From: an uncultured delta proteobacterium
GTDB lineage: Bacteria > Desulfobacterota > Binatia > UBA9968
Reading direction: 5' to 3'
DNA: 64,000 bases
Assembly (NCBI GenBank): GCA_963811315.1
Contig: CAWERH010000002.1
Coordinates: 247-64,246 of the forward strand
Position numbers and translations under genes: made by a program. The notes under the pieces are model-generated. The model saw only the letters and a program-made list of their open reading frames with translations, searched no databases and had not been told where the DNA came from. Positions 32,117 through 42,130 of the stretch are shown one piece after another. The stretch's first letter is position 1. Every line of letters starts with the position of its first letter.

Positions 32117-33097
32117 ATGCTGGATACCGCAAAAAGAAAAGAGATGTTGCGCCAGATGGTTTTGGTGCGTGCTTTCGAAGAAAAACTCGAAGAGCTCTAC
32201 CAGCGCAAAGCGATGTTTGGCAGCACGCACTCTTATCGCGGTCAAGAAGCGATTGCCGTGGGCGTCTGCTCGGCTTTGCAACCGAAGGATTTGATCGCCA
32301 GCTATCATCGCGGCACGGGCCATTTGATCGCCAAGGGCGCCGACCTTTATACGCTCTTGTGTGAATGCATGGGACGCGAGGACGGCTACTCCAAAGGGCG
32401 CGGCGGCAAGATGCATATGGGCGATATGGGCTTCGGCTTTATCGGCAACACCGGTACCGTCGGTGGCACCGTGCCCACGGCCACGGGCGCGGCGCTTGCG
32501 GCGAAGATCCGCGGCTCCAAGGAAGTCGTGGTGAGTTTTTTCGGCGACGGCGCGGCCAATCAGGGAGTTGTCCACGAGTCGATGAATCTTGCCGGGGTGT
32601 GGAAACTGCCCGTGATCTATGTTTGTGAAAACAATCAATATGCGATGACCGTTAGTTTGGCGAAGAGCGTTGCGATCAAACATTTGTCCGAGCGCGGCGC
32701 AGCGTATGGTTTCGAAGGAAAGACGATTGATGGCAACGATGTCGAAGCGGTCTATGAAGCCGCCGAGCAAGCCGCTGCAAAAGGGCGGAGTGATGGCGGC
32801 GCGACCTTTCTTGAATGCGTCACTTACCGCTGGGACGGCCACTTTGGCGGTGATCCGGGCACCGGTTATCGGCCGAAAGAAGAAATCGAGGCGTGGAAAC
32901 AGAAATGTCCGATCAAGCGGCTCAAAGAAAACCTTATTCGAGAAGGCCAGCTAAGTGAGCCGGAGTTTCAGAAAATGTCCGACACGGTCTATGCCGAGCT
33001 CGACGAAGTGGCGAAACGTGCGGAGGCGGCGCCGCTGCCAAAAAAGGCGGTGGACTTGAGCAGTATCTATGCGCCAACGGAGGTGAGCCATGGTTAA
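32117..33097 (+). CDS. TPP-dependent dehydrogenase E1 alpha subunit (AcoA/PdhA-like)
   Basis: GQEAIAVG, GRGGKMH, TPP motif FGDGAANQG...ENN. Confidence 0.93.
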   Translation: MLDTAKRKEMLRQMVLVRAFEEKLEELYQRKAMFGSTHSYRGQEAIAVGVCSALQPKDLIASYHRGTGHLIAKGADLYTLLCECMGREDGYSKGRGGKMHMGDMGFGFIGNTGTVGGTVPTATGAALAAKIRGSKEVVVSFFGDGAANQGVVHESMNLAGVWKLPVIYVCENNQYAMTVSLAKSVAIKHLSERGAAYGFEGKTIDGNDVEAVYEAAEQAAAKGRSDGGATFLECVTYRWDGHFGGDPGTGYRPKEEIEAWKQKCPIKRLKENLIREGQLSEPEFQKMSDTVYAELDEVAKRAEAAPLPKKAVDLSSIYAPTEVSHG

Positions 33098-34112
33098 TTC
33101 CGCTGCCGCAACGCAAAGTCCGACCAAGGAAATGCGCGTTCAAGAGGCGTTGCGCGAAGCCCTGCGCTATGAGATGGCGCGCGATGAACGGGTTTTCGTC
33201 ATGGGCGAGGACGTGGCGCTTTTTGGCGGCGCCTACGGAGTGACGCGTGGTCTGATGCAAGAATTCGGAGAGCGGCGAGTGTTGGATACCCCGATCTCGG
33301 AATCAGCTTTGGTCGGTCTTGCCGTCGGAGCCGCGATCAACGGCATGCGCCCGGTGGTCGAAATTCAATTTTCCGATCTATTGCCGCTAGCGATGGACCA
33401 ACTCGCCAGTCACGCGGCGCGCTATCATTATATGACCGGCGGGCGGGTCAATGTTCCGATGGTCGTGCGCAACAAGTTTGCGACGCGCGCCGGCGGCGGG
33501 CCGAGCCATTCGAGCTGCAATCACGGCGCCTTCATTCACTTTCCGGGATTGAAAATTATCATGCCGACGACGCCGGCCGACGCCAAAGGGCTCTTGTTGG
33601 CGGCGATCCGCGATCCCAATCCGGTGCTGTGCTTTGAAAGTCATCATCTTTACGGCATCCGCGGCCCAGTGCCTGAAGGCGACCATACGGTGCCAATTGG
33701 CAAAGCGACAGTCCGGCGCGAAGGCAAGGACCTAACCATCGTCACGTGCGGCGGCATGGTGCTGAAAGCGGACGCCGCGGCCGACCAACTCAAAGAAAAA
33801 GGCATTGCCATTGAAATCGTCGATCTCCGCTCTCTGGCTCCGTTGGATAAAGAAACCATTCTCAATTCCGTGAGCAAAACCAAACGCGCAATTGTTCTCG
33901 ACGAAGGACCGATGATCGGCGGCATCTCGGCCGAAATTGCGGCAATGATCCAAGAAAATTTATTTTCCGACTTAAAAGGCCCCGTGGTGCGTATCGCGGC
34001 GCAACCGATCCCGCCGCCGCATAGCCCGCCGCTGGTGGATGCGATGATTCCCGACGTCGATCAAGTCGTCGAAGCGGTGATGCGGTTGGCGGAAGGCGGA
34101 AAGATTGCATAA
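33090..34112 (+). CDS. TPP-dependent dehydrogenase E1 beta subunit (AcoB/PdhB-like)
   Basis: VFVMGEDV, DTPISESA, DAKGLLLAAIRDPNPV, IVDLRSLAPLD. Confidence 0.93.
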   Translation: MVNSAAATQSPTKEMRVQEALREALRYEMARDERVFVMGEDVALFGGAYGVTRGLMQEFGERRVLDTPISESALVGLAVGAAINGMRPVVEIQFSDLLPLAMDQLASHAARYHYMTGGRVNVPMVVRNKFATRAGGGPSHSSCNHGAFIHFPGLKIIMPTTPADAKGLLLAAIRDPNPVLCFESHHLYGIRGPVPEGDHTVPIGKATVRREGKDLTIVTCGGMVLKADAAADQLKEKGIAIEIVDLRSLAPLDKETILNSVSKTKRAIVLDEGPMIGGISAEIAAMIQENLFSDLKGPVVRIAAQPIPPPHSPPLVDAMIPDVDQVVEAVMRLAEGGKIA

Positions 34113-34308
34113 AAATATTTGACTTGGACCAACTGACGGAACTCATCCATACGAAGCTCGTGTCGGTACGTGTGCTGGTTGCGACCTTCGTCGTTTAGCG
34201 GATATAAAGTTCACTCCTGCGAATCTGCTCTGATGTGCCGTGGCCTAGGATTGACCGCCGCTCGGGTGTGGTGCTAGCGTGACGCCGAAATTGATCGTTG
34301 GATGATCT

Positions 34309-35799
34309 ATGAAGATCGTAAATCCACCCGTCGCGGGCGCGCTCGCCTCCGCGAGTCTTACCACCCGTTTCGCGCTTTATAGCTTCCTTTGTATTGGCGC
34401 CATGACGGTGGCGCTTTGGTTTCTCGTTTCCAACTACCTCATCAACCAAATTCTCGAACACGAATGGCAGTCGACTGCGCAGATCGTGCGCGCCGACGTC
34501 AGAAAATTTCTCGAGGCTTATGACTTCCAGGCGCAGGACCGCAAGTCAGTCGGCCCCAAATTTGCCGCCCTCTCGGAGCACATGCGCCTAGCGCCTGATA
34601 TCGTTCGGTTCAAGGTGTACAGTCCGACAGCGGTCGTCCTGTGGGCGGACGACAAACGGCTGGTGGGAAAATCTTTCGGCGAGAATCCCCAACTCAAGGA
34701 GGCATTGCGGGGTAAAGTCGTCGCGGACAGAAGTGCTTCGACTGAGCCAGACTCGCAGTCTGCCGGAGCGAAAAGTTCCGGCGACGTGATTGAAGTTTAC
34801 GTGCCGATTTTCGCCAAAGATGGACGCAACCTTTTGGGTGTGTTTGAAACCTTTAAGCGCGCCGACGCCATCCAGCGCGACGTGCGGGACGCCCGCTTGG
34901 TCGTTCTTGCGGGCGCGCTCGGCGGCGGCTTGCTTCTGTACTTGTCGCTGTTTGTCATCGTGCGCCAGGCGGCGCGAAAACTTGACGAACAACAACTCAA
35001 TCTTCTCAAGATGCAGTCGGAGCTGATCGCCTCACAGCGCATGGCGGCGGTGGGCGAAATGGCGGCAGCAGTGGCGCATGGCATTGGTAACCCGCTGTCG
35101 TCCATCCGCGCTGCCGCCCAGGTGGCGATGTTGGATACCGATACGGAAACAGGTGCCTCAGCTGACGGCAGGATGCAGAAAAATTTACAAAGCATCATGC
35201 AGCAGGTCGATCGCGTTCAAAAGCGCATGCAAGGCCTTTTGAACTTTGCCAGACCCATGGAGCCCCACGCTACACCGGTTGAAATCAATGCGTTGGTGCG
35301 CGACGTAGTTGAAACGCTACATCCACGCTTTAGCAATGCTGAAGTGAGCCCTATCTTGGAGCTTGAGGAGAACTTGCCCAAGCTTAACCTGGATACCAAT
35401 CAAATGGAGCAAGTTTTCATGGGACTGATTACCAATGCGCTCGAAGCGACTTCTCGAGGTGGACGGGTTACGGTACGCACCCAAGCACTCGGCAATAATG
35501 GCAACATTCACGCAGTGGGAATTTCAATCGAAGACACGGGAGAAGGAATCCCGGCTGAAAATCGCGAGCGAGTTTTTGAACCGTTTTTCACCACAAAGCC
35601 GCATGGCACCGGGATCGGCCTGCCGCTGGCGAAAAAATTTGTCGAGAGAAATGGCGGAACTATTGCCCTTTCCGAGACCGCAACCGTGGGTACCACAATC
35701 AATCTTACGCTGCCTTGCGCAAAGTCGGATGCGATATGCGATACGCCGCGAGTGAGCGACTCATCCGATGGCGCTACGTCGATGGATCGACAGATGTAA
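34309..35799 (+). CDS. Membrane sensor histidine kinase
   Basis: Two TM segments; H box AHGIGNPL, NALEA, DTGEGI, FEPFFTTK, GTGIGL. Confidence 0.93.
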   Translation: MKIVNPPVAGALASASLTTRFALYSFLCIGAMTVALWFLVSNYLINQILEHEWQSTAQIVRADVRKFLEAYDFQAQDRKSVGPKFAALSEHMRLAPDIVRFKVYSPTAVVLWADDKRLVGKSFGENPQLKEALRGKVVADRSASTEPDSQSAGAKSSGDVIEVYVPIFAKDGRNLLGVFETFKRADAIQRDVRDARLVVLAGALGGGLLLYLSLFVIVRQAARKLDEQQLNLLKMQSELIASQRMAAVGEMAAAVAHGIGNPLSSIRAAAQVAMLDTDTETGASADGRMQKNLQSIMQQVDRVQKRMQGLLNFARPMEPHATPVEINALVRDVVETLHPRFSNAEVSPILELEENLPKLNLDTNQMEQVFMGLITNALEATSRGGRVTVRTQALGNNGNIHAVGISIEDTGEGIPAENRERVFEPFFTTKPHGTGIGLPLAKKFVERNGGTIALSETATVGTTINLTLPCAKSDAICDTPRVSDSSDGATSMDRQM

Positions 35800-35867
35800 G
35801 TCTGCCGCTGCTGTTGCTAAACCTGGCATCAGTATACGAACTATTTTTGCCGCGCTACGCTCGGCAT

Positions 35868-36488
35868 TTACGTTACCGGGATCATGATGTGAGTCTGGTA
35901 GGGTTTGCGTGGTTTCAGTTTCTCATACCAATTCTCAATGTTCGGTAGCTTAGGCCGTTGAATCGGCAGATTGAACCACCGATAAGCCCAGACTCCCAAC
36001 GGAATATCGCCGAGCGAAAATTCCTGGCCGCCCAGATAGGGTTCCTTCGCCAAGTGGTCTTCGACGGTTTGCCATGCTTTCGCGGCCTTCTCGAGCGCGG
36101 CTTGGATTGCTTGCGGATCGCGTTTTTCCGGCGGCGTTCGCACGGTGGCAAAAAACAGCGGCACGATGTTGCCGTTAAAAACAGACAGCTGCCAATCCAT
36201 CCAACGATTGGCGCTGGCCATACCTTCGGGGCTCATCGGCAGGAGTTTGCCGTTGCCATATTTGGCGTTCAAATAGCGCATGATGCTATTCGATTCCCAC
36301 AGAATAAAATCGCCGTCTTTGATCGTCGGCACCAAGCCATTGGGATTTATCGCGAGATATTCCGGGTTTTTGTTGCCACCGAATTTGCCACCCCAGTCGA
36401 GCCGTTCGAATTCCAGGCCGAGCTCGCCTAAACACCAGAGCACTTTTTGCACATTGGATGAATCGGTTCTGCCCCAAATCTTGATCAT
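35868..36488 (-). CDS. Glutathione S-transferase (GstB/YliJ-like)
   Basis: WGRTDSSNVQKVLW, INPNGLVPT, LWESNSIMRYL. Confidence 0.93.
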   Translation of the reverse strand: MIKIWGRTDSSNVQKVLWCLGELGLEFERLDWGGKFGGNKNPEYLAINPNGLVPTIKDGDFILWESNSIMRYLNAKYGNGKLLPMSPEGMASANRWMDWQLSVFNGNIVPLFFATVRTPPEKRDPQAIQAALEKAAKAWQTVEDHLAKEPYLGGQEFSLGDIPLGVWAYRWFNLPIQRPKLPNIENWYEKLKPRKPYQTHIMIPVT

Positions 36489-36646
36489 TTTCGCCCCCAA
36501 TGGTTCATTTTCAGTTAGCCGGACTACTTATCATCCTTTCATGCGGTTGGGTAGCATTTTACGGACCGGTTTGCCTCTTCCTCTGTTGTTTTCGCGGAGA
36601 ATCTGCTAGGCAAGGAGATCATCAAGATAGGGAGACGACTACGTTG

Positions 36647-37036
36647 ATGAAAATCTCAGCAGGTTGTTTGATGCTTGTGGCAATTGGCGTTTTTTCGGCT
36701 CAGGGGACGAGCTGGGCGCAAAATGCGGCAGAGGGCCGAAAACTTTACCAGGGCAATTGTGCGAGCTGTCACGGCGAAAACGGCAAGGGCGATGGGGTGG
36801 CGGCGCAATCGCTGCCGGCTAAACCCGCCGACCACACCAATGGCGCCGTCATGAATGCGCTGACGGACAAGTGGCTAGTCGATATCATTTCCAAGGGTGG
36901 TGGGGCAGTCGGCAAATCGAGCTTCATGCCGGCATGGGGCGGTGCGCTCGACGAAAAGCAGGTTCGGGATATCGTTGGCTACATTCGCACGATCGCGGTT
37001 CCGCCCTACAAGCCGGCCGCGGCGCCGAGTAAGTAA
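36647..37036 (+). CDS. Monoheme c-type cytochrome, exported
   Basis: Signal peptide, CASCH, distal ligand in MPAWG. Confidence 0.92.
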   Translation: MKISAGCLMLVAIGVFSAQGTSWAQNAAEGRKLYQGNCASCHGENGKGDGVAAQSLPAKPADHTNGAVMNALTDKWLVDIISKGGGAVGKSSFMPAWGGALDEKQVRDIVGYIRTIAVPPYKPAAAPSK

Positions 37037-37062
37037 ATTTGTAAAATTTTGTCTGCGCCCCC

Positions 37063-37090
37063 TTGACGATTGATCAAGTAGGATTACATT
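37063..37090 (+). promoter_or_regulatory. Probable promoter of groES-groEL (TTGACG-N16-TACATT)
   Basis: Near-consensus hexamers 60 bp upstream of groES; no CIRCE element seen. Confidence 0.45.
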
Positions 37091-37150
37091 TGGCGCATCC
37101 AACCTGTTTTTGCAGGAATCTAAATCTACGTTTTATTTCAGGAGGGTGTT

Positions 37151-37441
37151 ATGGCGACTAAGATTCGTCCCCTACATGATAGGGTGATCGTTAAACGCAT
37201 CGAGGAAGAGGAGAAGACCAAGGGTGGTATTTTCATCCCCGACACGGCCAAAGAAAAGCCCCAAGAAGGCAAGGTGGTCGCGGTCGGACCCGGCAAGTAT
37301 GAGGACGGGAAGCTAATACCCCTCGGGGTGAAGGCTGGGGACAAGATTCTCTTTGGTAAATACTCGGGCTCGGAAATCAAACTGGACGGCGAGGAGCATC
37401 TGATCATGCGCGAAGATGACATCCTCGGTGTCATCGAATAG
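37151..37441 (+). CDS. groES: Co-chaperonin GroES
   Basis: [23 protein letters not shown]. Confidence 0.98.
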   Translation: MATKIRPLHDRVIVKRIEEEEKTKGGIFIPDTAKEKPQEGKVVAVGPGKYEDGKLIPLGVKAGDKILFGKYSGSEIKLDGEEHLIMREDDILGVIE

Positions 37442-37449
37442 GGAGGTAA

Positions 37450-39078
<1,629 letters not shown>

Positions 39079-39101
39079 TCGATTCGGCAGCGTCAAATTT
39101 G

Positions 39102-39139
39102 AACAAAGGGGCGCCGGAGTGATCCGGTGCCCTTTTGTT
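39102..39139 (+). terminator. Rho-independent terminator after groEL
   Basis: AAAGGGGCGCCGGA-GTGA-TCCGGTGCCCTTTTGTT hairpin with T tract. Confidence 0.85.
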
Positions 39140-39496
39140 ATTTCGGAGCGATCAAGGCTAAGAGGAATTCTACGACCGTGTTTGTCACGGTTGTCGGTTT
39201 CAAGCATCGGTTTGGCGCCTTTGAAAAGCTGCTTTGCCCCGGATTTTTTTCTCAAGTAGTATCTTTCCGATTCATGCCCATCTTTATGCCATCGTGATGA
39301 CAAAAAATTAAATGTATGTCGTTTTTCTGTCAAGGCACTCTGAACTTCCTTGTGGTCGAAGCTGCGAAATCGGTTGCGGACATGAAATGAAATCTCTAAG
39401 ATCTGGCCCGAGCAGCAGTTGCTAGGTTCGCATCGGTCGCTCCTTCCGATCGCAGGATCGGCGCCGGCGAATTCCTAAAGCAACCGAGGTTTGTCC

Positions 39497-40633
39497 ATGC
39501 TAAACGAAGAACAAGGCCAGACGCGCAAGTCCTACGGGACCTCCATTGCTGTCGTCATTGCACTCTGTTTGCTGGCAGCACTCTTGACCAAGCAATCTTG
39601 GGTTGGCAGCGCGGTCTTGACCGATCCGCGCGCGGCGCCGCGCCAGATTGCGGCGCGCGGCGATTTGGCGCCGCAAGAAAAGTCGACCATCGCGCTCTTT
39701 CGCCAGGCTTCGCCTTCAGTGGTGCACATCACGGCGATCGCCGTGCAAAGAGATCTGTTTACGCTCAAACCTTATCAGATCCCGGAGGGCACGGGTTCAG
39801 GTTTTATCTGGGATACCAGCGGCAACGTCATTACGAACTTTCACGTCATCCAGAACGCCGATGCCGCGCAAGTAACCTTGTCCGATCAGTCCAACTGGAA
39901 GGCAAAGCTTGTCGGTGCGGCGCCGGATAAGGACCTGGCGGTTTTAAAAATCGATGCGCCTGCGAATCGCCTGCCGGCGATCCCGGTAGGAACATCCAAG
40001 GATCTTCAAGTCGGCCAGAGTGTTTTTGCTATCGGCAATCCGTTTGGTCTCGATCAATCGCTTACCACGGGTGTCATCAGCGCGCTCGGGCGCGAAATCG
40101 AATCGGTCACGCGCCGGCCGATTCAAGGGGTGATTCAGACCGATGCTGCGATCAATCCGGGAAACTCCGGTGGACCGTTGCTCGATAGTGCGGGCCGTTT
40201 GATCGGTGTCAACACTGCGATTTACAGCCCATCGGGAGCGTCGGCGGGAATTGGCTTTGCCATCCCGGTAGACACCGTGAACCGTATCGTGCCGGAAGTC
40301 ATTCGTTACGGTAAAGTGACACGGCCAGGAATAGGTATACAGATCGCCGAGGATCAAATCGCCGAGAGGCTCGGTGTCAATGGCGTGCTGGTGGTTGATG
40401 TCGTAGCGGGAAGTGCCGCGGCTAAGGCAGGATTGCGACCCACGCGAAGAGAAGCTTCCGGAAGGGTGAGATTGGGCGATGTGATTACTGCCATCAACGG
40501 ACAAAAAGTTGCGTCCCCTAACGAATTGTTTCTATTGCTTGAGAAATACAAGGTCGGCGATGCGGTCAATGTCACGGTTTTACGCGATGAAAAATCCGTA
40601 CAAATCAAAATGACTCTCGACGCCGTGCAATAA
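39497..40633 (+). CDS. HtrA/Deg-family serine protease with one PDZ domain
   Basis: TNFHV, DLAVLK, QTDAAINPGNSGGPL, C-terminal PDZ. Confidence 0.95.
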   Translation: MLNEEQGQTRKSYGTSIAVVIALCLLAALLTKQSWVGSAVLTDPRAAPRQIAARGDLAPQEKSTIALFRQASPSVVHITAIAVQRDLFTLKPYQIPEGTGSGFIWDTSGNVITNFHVIQNADAAQVTLSDQSNWKAKLVGAAPDKDLAVLKIDAPANRLPAIPVGTSKDLQVGQSVFAIGNPFGLDQSLTTGVISALGREIESVTRRPIQGVIQTDAAINPGNSGGPLLDSAGRLIGVNTAIYSPSGASAGIGFAIPVDTVNRIVPEVIRYGKVTRPGIGIQIAEDQIAERLGVNGVLVVDVVAGSAAAKAGLRPTRREASGRVRLGDVITAINGQKVASPNELFLLLEKYKVGDAVNVTVLRDEKSVQIKMTLDAVQ

Positions 40634-40682
40634 GACCAAGCTAACGTTGCGCCCGCGCAGATTGCCGCACCCTCGGTATTAT

Positions 40683-41708
40683 TCAGTTGATTTTTTCGAA
40701 GGGGTGCTCCGGCGCGCGATTTTCATCGCGTTCGTAAGCCGAGATAATTTCCTGCACGAGATGATGGCGCGCAACGTCTTTTTCGGTGAACGTAATAAAA
40801 CGAATTCCGTGGACGTTTTTCAATATGCGTGAAGCTTCCTTCAGCCCGGATGGTTTTCCCGCCGGTAAGTCGATCTGTGTGGCATCGCCTGTGATCACCG
40901 CTTTCGAACCGTAGCCTAGACGGGTCAAGAACATTTTCATTTGTTCTGGTGTGGTGTTCTGCGCCTCGTCGAGAATCACGAAGGAATCGTTCAAAGTGCG
41001 GCCGCGCATGAAAGCCAATGGCGCGACTTCGATGGTGCCGCGCTCGACGAGCTTGCGCGCGCGATCGAAATCGACCATGTCGTGCAAAGCATCGTAGAGC
41101 GGACGCAAGTAGGGATTGACCTTCTCCGCGAGGTCACCTGGCAGAAAACCGAGTTTTTCGCCGGCTTCCACCGCCGGGCGCGTGAGGATGATGCGCACGT
41201 AATTATTTTTCATCAATTCCGACACGGCCATGGCCATCGCCAAGTAGGTTTTGCCGGTGCCGGCGGGACCGATGCCGAAGACGATATCGTAACGACGGAT
41301 GGCGTCGATATAAGCTTTTTGGGCGATGCTTTTCGGCGTGATTGTGCGTTTGTGCGCCGAGATGTAGATCGTGTCGAGGAAAATATCTTGCAACCGGGCG
41401 CGGTTATCGCCGCTGAGGATTCGAATCGCGTAATCGACGTCGCTGGCATAGACCGGATAACCCTTTTCCAACAAACTATAGAGTTGCTGGAGGATCTGGC
41501 TTGCGAGCTCGACTGGCAACGGATCGCCCTCGATTTCCAGAGCGGAGCCGCGCACCCGGATTTTTACCTGAAGATTGCTTTGCAGAATTTTAATGTGCTG
41601 ATCATGTTGGCCGAGAAGGTCGCGGAAGATGCGGGGATCGTGAAACTCCAATTGATTGACGCCAATCTCGGTCAGCGCTCCGGCCAGCAATGTTTTTTCG
41701 TCTTTCAC
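40683..41708 (-). CDS. phoH: PhoH-like ATPase (YbeZ)
   Basis: GPAGTGKTYLA, LGFLPGD, PLAFMRGRT, LDEAQN. Confidence 0.95.
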   Translation of the reverse strand: MKDEKTLLAGALTEIGVNQLEFHDPRIFRDLLGQHDQHIKILQSNLQVKIRVRGSALEIEGDPLPVELASQILQQLYSLLEKGYPVYASDVDYAIRILSGDNRARLQDIFLDTIYISAHKRTITPKSIAQKAYIDAIRRYDIVFGIGPAGTGKTYLAMAMAVSELMKNNYVRIILTRPAVEAGEKLGFLPGDLAEKVNPYLRPLYDALHDMVDFDRARKLVERGTIEVAPLAFMRGRTLNDSFVILDEAQNTTPEQMKMFLTRLGYGSKAVITGDATQIDLPAGKPSGLKEASRILKNVHGIRFITFTEKDVARHHLVQEIISAYERDENRAPEHPFEKIN

Positions 41709-42130
41709 TCAGTTTCTCCTATGAGTTGGACGATAATTTCACGTGTGCGAGGGCGATTGTCGAAGTCGAGCAGGACCACCTGCTGCCAGGTTCCTAAGGA
41801 GAGTTGATGATTGTTGACAGGAATCGTCAATGACGGTCCGAACAGTGAGGCGCGGAGATGGGAAAATCCGTTGTCGTCGCCCCAGCGGTCGTCATGATGA
41901 TAGCGACGGTTCGATGGAATGTATTTTTCGACGAATTCCTTGAGGTCTTCGAGCAGTCCCGATTCATACTCGATGGTTGTCAATCCGGCGGTGGAGCCAT
42001 TCACGAACAGCGACGCCAGACCGCTCTGAACGTTCTCGCGCTCGAGAAATTCTTTCACTTTGGCGGTGATATCGATAATATCGCAAAAGCCCGTGGTCGT
42101 CTCGGTGATCGTTGTGGTGCGGATGATCAT
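41705..42130 (-). CDS. yjbQ: YjbQ/UPF0047 secondary thiamine-phosphate synthase family
   Basis: GSTAGLTTIE, NGFSHLRASL, LGTWQ. Confidence 0.9.
   Translation of the reverse strand: MIIRTTTITETTTGFCDIIDITAKVKEFLERENVQSGLASLFVNGSTAGLTTIEYESGLLEDLKEFVEKYIPSNRRYHHDDRWGDDNGFSHLRASLFGPSLTIPVNNHQLSLGTWQQVVLLDFDNRPRTREIIVQLIGETE

Noticed and set aside
39400-39425. TGGC...TTGC upstream of htrA as a sigma54 promoter
   Set aside because: GG-to-GC spacing is 14, not the required 10.
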